DNA from: a virus | Taxonomy: Duplodnaviria; Heunggongvirae; Uroviricota; Caudoviricetes | Virus record (IMG/VR): IMGVR_UViG_3300033121_001335 | Span: 1 to 64,000 of that record | Length of the DNA stretch: 64,000 bases | Strand: one strand, 5' to 3' | The notes under the pieces: model-generated | Database searches by the model: none | Seen by the model: only the letters and a program-made list of their open reading frames with translations | What the model was told of the DNA's origin: nothing | Part shown: positions 27,236 through 35,228 of the stretch, in pieces | How positions within the stretch are numbered: position 1 is the stretch's first letter | How the letters are laid out: the number at the start of each line of letters is the position of its first letter | Program-made: the position numbers and the translations under genes

Positions 27236-27442
27236 ATGGAACCATTTTGGATGACTTCTGATGGTGTTTTTATAACACCGAGTAGTATGGATAATGAACA
27301 CATAAAAAATACAATTAAATGCTTAAAGGGAGAAGGAAAATCAATAATTCCTGATAAATACCTTGGTTTAAAAAAAGAACGTTGGTTAGAAATATTTAAT
27401 AATGAAGTCTTAAAAAGGAATATTCCTTTAATATTTAATTAA
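27236..27442 (+). CDS. small early protein, C-terminal tail family (..NIPLIFN)
   Basis: ORF track; ends ccttta atatttaattaa. Confidence 0.65.
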   Translation: MEPFWMTSDGVFITPSSMDNEHIKNTIKCLKGEGKSIIPDKYLGLKKERWLEIFNNEVLKRNIPLIFN

Positions 27443-27452
27443 ATATATTATT

Positions 27453-27713
27453 ATGAAACTGAAAAAGCTTAAAAGTAAATTGCCATCGGAACAGTCAACT
27501 GCTCTTTTAAACGTTAAATATCCTCATATTAATTATATTTCTGGGGAAAATCTCAATTTACATGATGCTTTTCTTACAATGCTTAAAGGCATGTGGGTTG
27601 ACAAAATTAAATACCCCAGCATTAAGCACATGGAAAAAAGACTGAATATGACAGAAAGAGGCATTATCAGAGTGGCTAAACTGAATAATTTAGGAGAAAG
27701 AAAACATATTTAA
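27453..27713 (+). CDS. hypothetical protein, possible HTH
   Basis: MTERGIIRVAKLNNL segment; lies between int and the tmRNA-like element. Confidence 0.55.
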   Translation: MKLKKLKSKLPSEQSTALLNVKYPHINYISGENLNLHDAFLTMLKGMWVDKIKYPSIKHMEKRLNMTERGIIRVAKLNNLGERKHI

Positions 27714-27723
27714 AACTTGAGTT

Positions 27724-27903
27724 ATGACAATATTAACATTTCCCGTAGAAATGCAAGAAGATGTGTATAAAGTAACAGGGCAGCCAGCTCCGGATGAAGT
27801 TATTGATGTCACAGTAAAATTTAAAGAAACACTTTCCGATGAAGTGTTAGGATTATTAAAAGCTTTAGGTGTTCAAATCAGATTTATGACACCTGTAAAA
27901 TAA
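27724..27903 (+). CDS. hypothetical 59-aa protein
   Basis: Manual translation MTILTFPVEMQEDVYKVTGQPAPDEVIDVTVKFKETLSDEVLGLLKALGVQIRFMTPVK*. Confidence 0.4.
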   Translation: MTILTFPVEMQEDVYKVTGQPAPDEVIDVTVKFKETLSDEVLGLLKALGVQIRFMTPVK

Positions 27904-27910
27904 ATGAATG

Positions 27911-28166
27911 GTTGTTTGACACTTATTTGACTATATGTAAGACACGGGTTCGACTCCCGTCTGCTCCACCGGATTAATATTGACCATTTATAGGCCGGGT
28001 AATTCCGGTGGGGCAGCTTGGCTTTGATTGCATATCAGTGGATAGGAATAGACTATTCAGTGTAATAAACGGCAAGAGAATTGCTATTGGTAGAACTGCA
28101 ATGAGAATTGCGGCCTAACAACGTATTGCCCCCCTGTATTTATACAGCGAAAAGGGGGCTTTTTTA
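27911..28166 (+). ncRNA. circularly permuted tmRNA-like element (acceptor piece, 39-nt linker, coding piece, terminator); 27941-27970 is alternatively an attP core
   Basis: T-arm ACGGG-TTCGACT-CCCGT (27944-60). 3' acceptor CTGCTCC-A-CC (27961-70). 5' strand GGGGCAG (28010-16) is its exact complement with a G3:U pair. CUUGGCUUUGA D-loop analogue. P2-like UUGCAUAU (28028-35)/AUAUGUAA (27933-40). Tag-like frame 28071-28118 GKRIAIGRTAMRIAA*. Terminator 28128-66. Confidence 0.45.
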
Positions 28167-28185
28167 ATTATTTAAACTAAATTTT

Positions 28186-28449
28186 ATGAGTGATAATAAA
28201 TACATTGTAGAATGTTCTGATGAAGAAGAATGGGAAGCTGTTAAGGCTAAGGGAAATGTTGATTTGGGGAGCTATGAGGTGTATCAATATAGCTATCCAG
28301 AAGAACCTATAGCTATTGATGTTAATAATGGAGAATGAAGTAGGCTGAGTTATTACACTAACAAAAGGGGAGGAGAATATAGCGACTATAAGTTTATAAC
28401 AGCTCAAGAATATTTAAACCCTGTTTCTGAGCCTCTTCTATTTAATTAA
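28186..28449 (+). pseudogene. tail-family gene (..SEPLLFN) interrupted by in-frame TGA at 28336-28338
   Basis: Manual translation MSDNKYIVECSDEEEWEAVKAKGNVDLGSYEVYQYSYPEEPIAIDVNNGE*SRLSYYTNKRGGEYSDYKFITAQEYLNPVSEPLLFN*. Both halves are in one frame. Confidence 0.5.
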
Positions 28450-28477
28450 ATATAAAAACCATCTATAAACTAAATTT

Positions 28478-28615
28478 ATGAAAAAGTTAAAAGCGGCACT
28501 ACTTATTACACTAGTTGTAACATTATTAACATTTCTTCATTCTTCGTGCAGTCCTTCTAGAAAAGATTGTAAGAATACGAAATATTACAAGCAAGGGGAG
28601 GGCTTATATTTATGA
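28478..28615 (+). CDS. 45-aa lipoprotein candidate
   Basis: Manual translation MKKLKAALLITLVVTLLTFLHSSC|SPSRKDCKNTKYYKQGEGLYL*; signal peptide plus lipobox Cys; ATGA overlap with the next gene. Confidence 0.45.
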   Translation: MKKLKAALLITLVVTLLTFLHSSCSPSRKDCKNTKYYKQGEGLYL

Positions 28616-28842
28616 AAACAGGTGATGTAGTTATAAGAACAGCAGATGAATTTATGGGAATGAAAAAAGGAGATTTAGCCACTGTAGTGTCATACAATCT
28701 AGAACTAAGTGGGTTAGCTGACATTACTCTTGAAGAATTTGCTGGTCAACATTCAAATAGTAGTTTAAGACTAGCAACACCTGAAGAAATACAAGCTAAG
28801 GGATTTGTGTTAAAAATAGCGGAACCATTGATGTTTAACTAA
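28612..28842 (+). CDS. small early protein, tail family (..AEPLMFN)
   Basis: ORF track. Confidence 0.65.
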   Translation: MKTGDVVIRTADEFMGMKKGDLATVVSYNLELSGLADITLEEFAGQHSNSSLRLATPEEIQAKGFVLKIAEPLMFN

Positions 28843-28912
28843 TTAAATATTCCCTGCCGTATTTAATAATTATTAAATAACATGATAATTTCATGGGGTG
28901 AATATGCAGGCC

Positions 28913-28945
28913 ACAAGGCTATTTCTATAGCTCTTGTCTTTTTTT
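28913..28945 (+). terminator. intrinsic terminator
   Basis: ACAAGGCTAT..ATAGC(T)CTTGT followed by CTTTTTTT. Confidence 0.55.
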
Positions 28946-28965
28946 AACATTTAAAATTAAAAATT

Positions 28966-29124
28966 ATGAAAAAAGCAATGTTTACGGATAAAATGGCCAG
29001 AGAATCATTTATATTTTCTCCTCCAGAAAAAAAGGATAAGAGATGTAGTAATAATAAAATATATTCTACACCAAAAATTAATGTAAAATCTGTTGCTAAA
29101 AAACAATCTTTAGGACTCAATTAA
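28966..29124 (+). CDS. hypothetical 52-aa basic protein
   Basis: Manual translation MKKAMFTDKMARESFIFSPPEKKDKRCSNNKIYSTPKINVKSVAKKQSLGLN*. Confidence 0.35.
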   Translation: MKKAMFTDKMARESFIFSPPEKKDKRCSNNKIYSTPKINVKSVAKKQSLGLN

Positions 29125-29136
29125 AAACACATTGCT

Positions 29137-29334
29137 ATGACAAATGGAAAAATTGATTCTTTTGTAGAGCAGCTGATAGAATTCGATAGTGCGTATACAC
29201 CTATACATTTATTAGAAATATGTTCTAATAAAGAAATCCTCAGAAAAACAGAAGATGAAAATCATAAAAAGAAGGATTGGGCTTTAATACAGGCATTTGG
29301 CACTATGGAATATTTTATATTTTGTAACAATTAA
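29137..29334 (+). CDS. hypothetical protein
   Basis: ORF track; ends ..FIFCNN. Confidence 0.55.
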   Translation: MTNGKIDSFVEQLIEFDSAYTPIHLLEICSNKEILRKTEDENHKKKDWALIQAFGTMEYFIFCNN

Positions 29335-29361
29335 AATTAAATAAAAATTAAAAACAAAGTT

Positions 29362-29619
29362 ATGGGTACAACAACTAATGGAGTTTATGTAGGAGGGCGC
29401 TCTGAGAGGCGTTCTAAAGCTCGTCAGCAGCTTGAAAAACAATTAGAGCTTGGCACTAAACCAAGAAAAACTGGCGTTAAATGGTCTGATTATAAGCCTG
29501 AGGAGCTTATTTGGACAGTGCCGGAAAAACCAGATGAAAAGCCTAAACCAATCGCTGTTAAATTAACAGAATCAGACAAAAAAAGAATAAACAAAGAGTT
29601 GGAGGCTCTTTCAAAATGA
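29362..29619 (+). CDS. hypothetical basic protein
   Basis: ORF track; terminator downstream. Confidence 0.6.
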   Translation: MGTTTNGVYVGGRSERRSKARQQLEKQLELGTKPRKTGVKWSDYKPEELIWTVPEKPDEKPKPIAVKLTESDKKRINKELEALSK

Positions 29620-29671
29620 GAAAAATAGTCATATTAGGTTTTTAAATAAACATTTGTTGCAATATATAAAC

Positions 29672-29702
29672 AAAAGCCTCTCTTTAATTAGAGGGGCTTT
29701 TT
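29672..29702 (+). terminator. intrinsic terminator
   Basis: GCCTCTC (29676-82)/GAGGGGC (29691-97) flanked by an A-run and a T-run. Confidence 0.6.
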
Positions 29703-29714
29703 AAATTTTAAAAC

Positions 29715-29954
29715 ATGAAAGCAAAAAATTTAAAAAAAGGACTTAATTATAGAATAACTAGGAGTAATCATTTAACAAGTCATTTTAAAAATAACACTGA
29801 AATCACGGTGAGTAATATAAAAAATGGTAGAATTTATTGGGAAGCAAAAAATGGTGATGAAGATGATTTTGATATGGGTTCTCAGGTGGATTACGAAACA
29901 GAATTTGAACTAATAACATCAAATTCTGAACAACATCCATTAATATTCAATTAA
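29715..29954 (+). CDS. small early protein, tail family (..QHPLIFN)
   Basis: ORF track. Confidence 0.65.
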   Translation: MKAKNLKKGLNYRITRSNHLTSHFKNNTEITVSNIKNGRIYWEAKNGDEDDFDMGSQVDYETEFELITSNSEQHPLIFN

Positions 29955-29959
29955 AAAAT

Positions 29960-30196
29960 ATGAAACAAAGCACTACACCCCTGTTCTTTAATTACGGCTC
30001 TACAGCTAAAATAAGAATAAAAAAGGAAAATTGTTATGAAAATCCTGATTATCCTTGCTTATATGGAATTGTAACTAAAAAGCTTTGTTTCACCCTTCCC
30101 AAAGCTGCTGTAATAATGACAAAAACTCATGTATATATTCCTAATGAAATATACAGACAAGCATTAACAAAATATTATCAAAATGTAAAACTATGA
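29960..30196 (+). CDS. hypothetical protein
   Basis: ORF track; ATGA overlap with the next gene. Confidence 0.6.
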   Translation: MKQSTTPLFFNYGSTAKIRIKKENCYENPDYPCLYGIVTKKLCFTLPKAAVIMTKTHVYIPNEIYRQALTKYYQNVKL

Positions 30197-30453
30197 GCTA
30201 TGAATTAATAAGGAATCTTCCTAATAGCGGAATATTTTGGAAACTTACTAAAGAACAAGAGGATTGTCTAATAAGAATTCTTAAAAATAAGGGGTTAAGA
30301 ATAGGCTCAAAACAAGAAAAATCAACCGATTCCAATATAGCTTGGTATCCTAGTGGATATTGTAATTACATAAAGAACAAAACTTCTCTTTCCACTTATA
30401 AATTCACTGATTATTTCAGAGAGAGTATTTTTACACCCTTAATATTTAACTAA
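30193..30453 (+). CDS. small early protein, tail family (..FTPLIFN)
   Basis: ORF track. Confidence 0.65.
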   Translation: MSYELIRNLPNSGIFWKLTKEQEDCLIRILKNKGLRIGSKQEKSTDSNIAWYPSGYCNYIKNKTSLSTYKFTDYFRESIFTPLIFN

Positions 30454-30696
30454 ATGAATATAAACAATTTACCAGAGGAACTGAGAGCTTTGGCTTTATT
30501 AAGAGCTGAAAAACCCTCACGTTATAAAAATTTTAATAAACATGATGAGAGGCTGAATTATATGTTTGATTGGCAGGGTAGCCTCGAAGGATACGGATTT
30601 TGGATGAGGGCTTATGACAGTAACTACACAACAGAAGACATTAATTATGCTGCTCATATTTTAAATATTGAATCATTCCCTCAAATCTTTAATTAA
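30454..30696 (+). CDS. small early protein, tail family (..SFPQIFN)
   Basis: ORF track; TAATG junction. Confidence 0.65.
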   Translation: MNINNLPEELRALALLRAEKPSRYKNFNKHDERLNYMFDWQGSLEGYGFWMRAYDSNYTTEDINYAAHILNIESFPQIFN

Positions 30697-31037
30697 TGGA
30701 ATATAATAAGTTAACAGAAAAAGATGTAGGCAGATGTATATGTGTTTCCGATTCCACTGACTTTTTTATGATAGGATATGTTCATCCAGAATTTCATGTG
30801 GAAAATGATTCCGACACCACTGAATTTAGAGGAAAATTCACATATTATATATCGGCAGACAAAAAGTTTAGCAAAGATGCAATTTGGTGTTATGTGGCAA
30901 GTAGAAGGGGTTATAGAGAGGCCACTGAAAAACAGAAATATTGGCTTGATGTGTGTATTGCGGCTAATAAATATATACCCGAAAAAGAAGCTCTAAAAAA
31001 CTATAATTTAATTTCTGAACCACAAATTTTTAATTAA
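30696..31037 (+). CDS. small early protein, tail family (..SEPQIFN)
   Basis: ORF track; TAATG junction. Confidence 0.65.
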   Translation: MEYNKLTEKDVGRCICVSDSTDFFMIGYVHPEFHVENDSDTTEFRGKFTYYISADKKFSKDAIWCYVASRRGYREATEKQKYWLDVCIAANKYIPEKEALKNYNLISEPQIFN

Positions 31038-31312
31038 TGGATTTAGCAGACATACAAATAGGGCAGTGGTATGCATCTAATAATAAAGAACAGCCTAATT
31101 ATCATTTTAAAGCATCAGAAATATATGTTAAGAGCAAAAAGGCTAAAGTGTTAAAAGTGGGACGTTGGAAACACCAGCCTGCTGGCTATGGCGAAATGTC
31201 AAATCCTGATTATTGGAGAAATGCCACCCCTGTAAACTATTTAAACATAGAACATCTCATACCAGATGAATTTAAAGAAAATAGAGAAACAGAGCCACTA
31301 TTATTTAATTAA
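31037..31312 (+). CDS. small early protein, tail family (..TEPLLFN)
   Basis: ORF track. Confidence 0.65.
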   Translation: MDLADIQIGQWYASNNKEQPNYHFKASEIYVKSKKAKVLKVGRWKHQPAGYGEMSNPDYWRNATPVNYLNIEHLIPDEFKENRETEPLLFN

Positions 31313-31323
31313 AACTATATAAT

Positions 31324-31608
31324 ATGAAACATAAATTACCATTTTATGTAGTGATAAGTCGGTCAGGACCTAATAATAGCGGCCATCCAAATTATAAAAC
31401 ATCAGCTATATATAAGGATGGACAACAATATTTTAAGGTGGTGGATATTTCTACAAATAAAGAACATGGTAACACTGAGAATCATGTAACATACATCACG
31501 GAGGATGGTTACCACTTGTGGAGTATGTGTGTTAATGAAGTGTCAGAACAAGAGTATATAACAAATAGGGGGCTTGAATTAATTCATGAACCTCAAATAT
31601 TCAATTAA
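31324..31608 (+). CDS. small early protein, tail family (..HEPQIFN)
   Basis: ORF track. Confidence 0.65.
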   Translation: MKHKLPFYVVISRSGPNNSGHPNYKTSAIYKDGQQYFKVVDISTNKEHGNTENHVTYITEDGYHLWSMCVNEVSEQEYITNRGLELIHEPQIFN

Positions 31609-31654
31609 GGAATCAATTTTTAATTATAAACAAACAAATCAAAAAACAAACAAA

Positions 31655-32119
31655 ATGGCAACAAAAAAGCAAGAAACAATCACAGCATTGACAGTACAAT
31701 CATCAGTTCCAGATGCTTTACAAGCAATTAATGCACGCATCGCAGCAATGAAACACATTCAGGAATGTGTGTATTTAACATCTGGTAAAATCACTACAGG
31801 CAGTGGTGGACAAAAGGATATTAAAGAAGAAAAGAATGTTACAGAATTAGTGAAGGCTTTTTCTGGTATTCTCTTCCGTGCCAAAGCCATCGAAGAAGCC
31901 TATGACGAATTAGGTATTGATTCATATCCAGCTGTAAAGGTGGATGGTGGTACAGTGGAAGAGTGGAAAAAAGACATTCTTCTCCGTATTGAAATCATCA
32001 ATCAAAAAGACACTCTGGATGAATTAAACAGCTTAAAGAAAGAGTGGGAAGATTTGATGGACAAAGAAGATAAGAAAGCAATGCTTGTGAAAAAAATGGA
32101 AAAATTCGCCAACGGCTGA
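31655..32119 (+). CDS. hypothetical protein (154 aa)
   Basis: ORF track 31586..32119 trimmed to ATG at 31655 (MATKKQETI...) after an A-rich leader; ends ..KFANG; own terminator. Confidence 0.6.
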   Translation: MATKKQETITALTVQSSVPDALQAINARIAAMKHIQECVYLTSGKITTGSGGQKDIKEEKNVTELVKAFSGILFRAKAIEEAYDELGIDSYPAVKVDGGTVEEWKKDILLRIEIINQKDTLDELNSLKKEWEDLMDKEDKKAMLVKKMEKFANG

Positions 32120-32141
32120 TTTTTTTGTTGATTATTAAACT

Positions 32142-32178
32142 AAAGGGTGTGTAGTTTTTATAGCTGCACACCCTTTTT
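32142..32178 (+). terminator. intrinsic terminator
   Basis: GGGTGTGTAG (32145-54)/CTGCACACCC (32164-73) plus T5. Confidence 0.7.
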
Positions 32179-32190
32179 AAATTTTATTTT

Positions 32191-32451
32191 ATGAGAAATA
32201 TAATGGATTTTGATGGAAACAGAGAGCAAATAGCAGTTAATAACAATGAAGAGTTTAAAAAATTAATTCCAATTTTAAACCTAAGATTTAAAGGCTGGAA
32301 AGAAGGAATGGGAAGTGGGGATTATCCACTTTATATTATACTGGAGGGAGCATGGGATGGACATACAAACATTAAACAAATTCATAAAGCCGTAATACAA
32401 GCCTCAGAATATTATACAGAACAAGAATGTATTTCTAATATATTTAATTAA
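32191..32451 (+). CDS. small early protein, tail family (..CISNIFN)
   Basis: ORF track. Confidence 0.6.
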   Translation: MRNIMDFDGNREQIAVNNNEEFKKLIPILNLRFKGWKEGMGSGDYPLYIILEGAWDGHTNIKQIHKAVIQASEYYTEQECISNIFN

Positions 32452-32464
32452 AACTCAGTGTTTT

Positions 32465-32734
32465 ATGGAAAAATGGTGTATTTTAAGAACCAAAGAAAAT
32501 TATATAGAACTTAACGATTGGTTTAATAAAAAGTATGGTTTAGAACTTTCAGACTGTAAAGGATATTTGCATTCTTATGTGGTGTCTCCTAATTGTGTTG
32601 TACCCTATTTAATGAGTATTTATAGCGATGGTCAAAGAGACAAAGAGGCCACAATAATAACAATAGAACAATTCAGAGAGCTAACGAAAGCTCCTGTTGA
32701 TAATAAAACTTTTGAGCCACAAATATTTAATTAA
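32465..32734 (+). CDS. small early protein, tail family (..FEPQIFN); KWxI/ITxEQF paralogue
   Basis: ORF track. Confidence 0.65.
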   Translation: MEKWCILRTKENYIELNDWFNKKYGLELSDCKGYLHSYVVSPNCVVPYLMSIYSDGQRDKEATIITIEQFRELTKAPVDNKTFEPQIFN

Positions 32735-32740
32735 TGTATT

Positions 32741-33043
32741 ATGAGAATGAATGAATTAGAAATAGGAAATTATTATAAATCCATATGGGGTAGTGGAGAA
32801 CAATATGGTATTATAAGATATGACAATATGTTCACGGACATTAAGAGTAGTAATTATGTACATGATAATTATGTTTATTTAGGTTACAATAAAACCATAA
32901 CTGCTAAGGGGGATGGCAGCGGTGCCAGTAATGAATGGAAACCATGCACTGAAGAGGAAATAAGGATATTTGAAGACCAATTTGAAAAGCAGTTTGGCAA
33001 TAAAAAGAATAAAAAAGCATTTACGCCCTTAATATTTAACTAA
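32741..33043 (+). CDS. small early protein, tail family (..FTPLIFN)
   Basis: ORF track. Confidence 0.65.
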   Translation: MRMNELEIGNYYKSIWGSGEQYGIIRYDNMFTDIKSSNYVHDNYVYLGYNKTITAKGDGSGASNEWKPCTEEEIRIFEDQFEKQFGNKKNKKAFTPLIFN

Positions 33044-33199
33044 TTAAGGCCAATTATAGCACTCGTTTGAAATAAAACGTGAGGAAATAATAATCCAAGA
33101 TGCGTCCATAAATGCATTTGGACAAGGGTGCTTTTCATCATCCTATTTGGCCTGTGGTGCTATAAATTGGTTTTTTAATAAATTAAAAAATAAATTAAT

Positions 33200-33472
33200 A
33201 TGATAACAGAATTACCTAAAAAATGGGCAATAAGATGCACTCCAGAGAGTTCTAATTTTATAAATAAATTTTATCAAGACCATTTAAAAGAATATGAAGG
33301 TTGTAAGGGGAGATTTCCAGTAGTAATAGATGCATATTTACATTATCCTCAACATACATCAGCTTGTCATTCTAGAATGAATGGACCTGCTGAAAATTAT
33401 ACAGTGATTTCTTTTTTAGAATTTTGTACATTCGTGCTAAATCATTCAGACGAACCACAACTATTTAATTAA
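33200..33472 (+). CDS. small early protein, tail family (..DEPQLFN); KWxI/ISFLEF paralogue
   Basis: ORF track. Confidence 0.65.
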   Translation: MITELPKKWAIRCTPESSNFINKFYQDHLKEYEGCKGRFPVVIDAYLHYPQHTSACHSRMNGPAENYTVISFLEFCTFVLNHSDEPQLFN

Positions 33473-33490
33473 CAAATAAAAACAAACAAA

Positions 33491-33718
33491 ATGAATCAGC
33501 AATTGACAAATTCCTATGCTCCAACACTATTTGGAAGTCCTAACATTATGGTTAAAACAGACTATAGTGTTTTTAAACAAACAGATGAGCAAAAGTCTGA
33601 TGCTATAGCAGCTAAATGGCAACATAAAATTTTTATGAATAAAAATGGCATTAATCCTAAAAAGCATCTAAACATCCCTATTTACAGACTTGAGCAATCT
33701 ATTAAATTTAGTACATAA
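33491..33718 (+). CDS. hypothetical protein
   Basis: ORF track. Confidence 0.55.
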   Translation: MNQQLTNSYAPTLFGSPNIMVKTDYSVFKQTDEQKSDAIAAKWQHKIFMNKNGINPKKHLNIPIYRLEQSIKFST

Positions 33719-33824
33719 TGACACCACACCATAAAAGAAAAATACATCCCATAGAACTGGTTGTTTCTATTATAGAGTTTGTGGGATTTTTATATTTATA
33801 TTGCTTATTAAAAACTATTTAAAA

Positions 33825-34670
33825 ATGGAAAAAACTAATTATTTAGAAACGAAATATCAGGGGATTATTCCCTATCAAATAGAAGAAGGAAAAAAACATA
33901 TTACGTTAGCCCCCGGTGTATATCAACTTGGCTATTATGAAATTGCTCCTATGTGTATTGTTGACCACTTTATGCCATTAAAAGAGCAAGACAGTCTTAT
34001 AAGATTTAAAGATAGTGTTGTTGACGATGTAGTGAATAAGGTGGATAAATTCTTTTCTCAGAATAGTGTAGATGCCTATAAAGAATTAAAATTAGTGCAT
34101 AAAATGGGCATGATTATACATGGTCCTCATGGAACAGGTAAAACAAGTTCTGCTATGTTAGCCCTAAGAGCTATAGCTAAAAAATATGATGCTATATGTC
34201 TTGATTGTACGCCCAGAACTTTAAATAACTGTATAAACACTATAAAAAATATCAGACAGCACCAAAAAAATCCCATTATAATGTTTATGGATGAATTTGA
34301 GGTGGAAATGAGAGAAAGAGAGGAGCAGTGGCTGCCATTTTTAGATGGGACAGGAAGTTTTGAGAATTTTGTTTTTATAGCTTGCACCAATTATATAGAC
34401 AAAATTCCTGATAGGATAAAAGATAGAAAATCCAGAATTAAACACATTGTGGAAATTAAGGGACTGCCAATGGCTGTATATTCTGAATATATTAAAGACA
34501 GACTTCCAAATTTAAAATCTGAAGAGTTAGCCGAATTTGCTTTTAAAGCTGAAAATGAAAAATTGACTATTGACCAAGTGAAAAATGCTCTTATAGATTA
34601 CAGAATTGAGGGCTGGTCTATAGACAAGGCTATAAAGGTGGCAGCTTCTATAAAGGACGAATCTATTTAA
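33825..34670 (+). CDS. AAA+ family ATPase
   Basis: Walker A IIHGPHGTGKTS and Walker B IIMFMDEFE. Start moved from TTG at 33801 to ATG at 33825. Confidence 0.8.
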   Translation: MEKTNYLETKYQGIIPYQIEEGKKHITLAPGVYQLGYYEIAPMCIVDHFMPLKEQDSLIRFKDSVVDDVVNKVDKFFSQNSVDAYKELKLVHKMGMIIHGPHGTGKTSSAMLALRAIAKKYDAICLDCTPRTLNNCINTIKNIRQHQKNPIIMFMDEFEVEMREREEQWLPFLDGTGSFENFVFIACTNYIDKIPDRIKDRKSRIKHIVEIKGLPMAVYSEYIKDRLPNLKSEELAEFAFKAENEKLTIDQVKNALIDYRIEGWSIDKAIKVAASIKDESI

Positions 34671-34693
34671 TCAAAATTTGAAACTAAATTATT

Positions 34694-34990
34694 ATGAGTT
34701 TATTTCCAATTCGAAAATTAAGATATGTAAAAGTGGAATCTCCATTCTTGCCTGTAAAACCCGAAAATAAGCCAGAATTTGTCTATCATGGAAGAAAAGC
34801 TTTTAGAAACCCGCCAGAGCTATTACAAGCCTATTTAAAAGGGGGTAGAAGATTTTCTGAGAAAAGGAGAGAAGAAATAAAAGAGCTCTATCCTGCCCAA
34901 ATAAAGGCTAAACCAAGGCAGAGCTTGTGGCCCAATTGTAAAACAGTGTTGGATGCTGTATTTAGTCCATTTTTAAAACCTGTAATATGA
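34694..34990 (+). CDS. hypothetical basic protein
   Basis: ORF track. Confidence 0.6.
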   Translation: MSLFPIRKLRYVKVESPFLPVKPENKPEFVYHGRKAFRNPPELLQAYLKGGRRFSEKRREEIKELYPAQIKAKPRQSLWPNCKTVLDAVFSPFLKPVI

Positions 34991-35142
34991 AATACACTGA
35001 ACAAGGATGGCATATTGAATATGACCCCTCTATAACTGAAGAAATGTTTAATGAGTTTGTAAAAACCCTTTCTAATGATGGTATTACTTTCTTTAAAAAG
35101 CTTCAACTGGAGAATAACGAAGAAGTGGAATCAGAAGCTTAA
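34987..35142 (+). CDS. hypothetical 51-aa acidic protein
   Basis: Manual translation MKYTEQGWHIEYDPSITEEMFNEFVKTLSNDGITFFKKLQLENNEEVESEA*; ATGA overlap. Confidence 0.4.
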   Translation: MKYTEQGWHIEYDPSITEEMFNEFVKTLSNDGITFFKKLQLENNEEVESEA

Positions 35143-35166
35143 TTATTTTATTAGCTTAATTATTTT

Positions 35167-35202
35167 AAAAACAGGGGGAAGGACAAATTCTCCCTGTTTT
35201 TT
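35167..35202 (+). terminator. intrinsic terminator
   Basis: CAGGGGGAA (35172-80)/TTCTCCCTG (35188-96) plus T6. Confidence 0.7.
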
Positions 35203-35228
35203 ATAACATTTAATTAAAAACATCAGTT

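Noticed and set aside
27941-27970. Complete tRNA gene at the TTCGACTCC..CTGCTCCACC site
   Set aside because: The 75 nt upstream contain no complementary 5' acceptor strand, D arm or anticodon arm. The complementary GGGGCAG lies downstream instead, which gives the permuted tmRNA-like or attP interpretation.
28336-28338. Genome-wide TGA-to-Trp recoding
   Set aside because: All other genes are intact under the standard code, and TGA serves as the stop in many ATGA overlaps (for example 34990, 44315, 55791, 59822, 37299). A single interrupted gene does not support an alternative code.
30778-30996. Alternative-frame ORFs inside tail-family genes (30778..30996 and 36532..36756)
   Set aside because: Each is fully nested in a longer ORF that has the conserved tail and junction. 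There is no independent start context.
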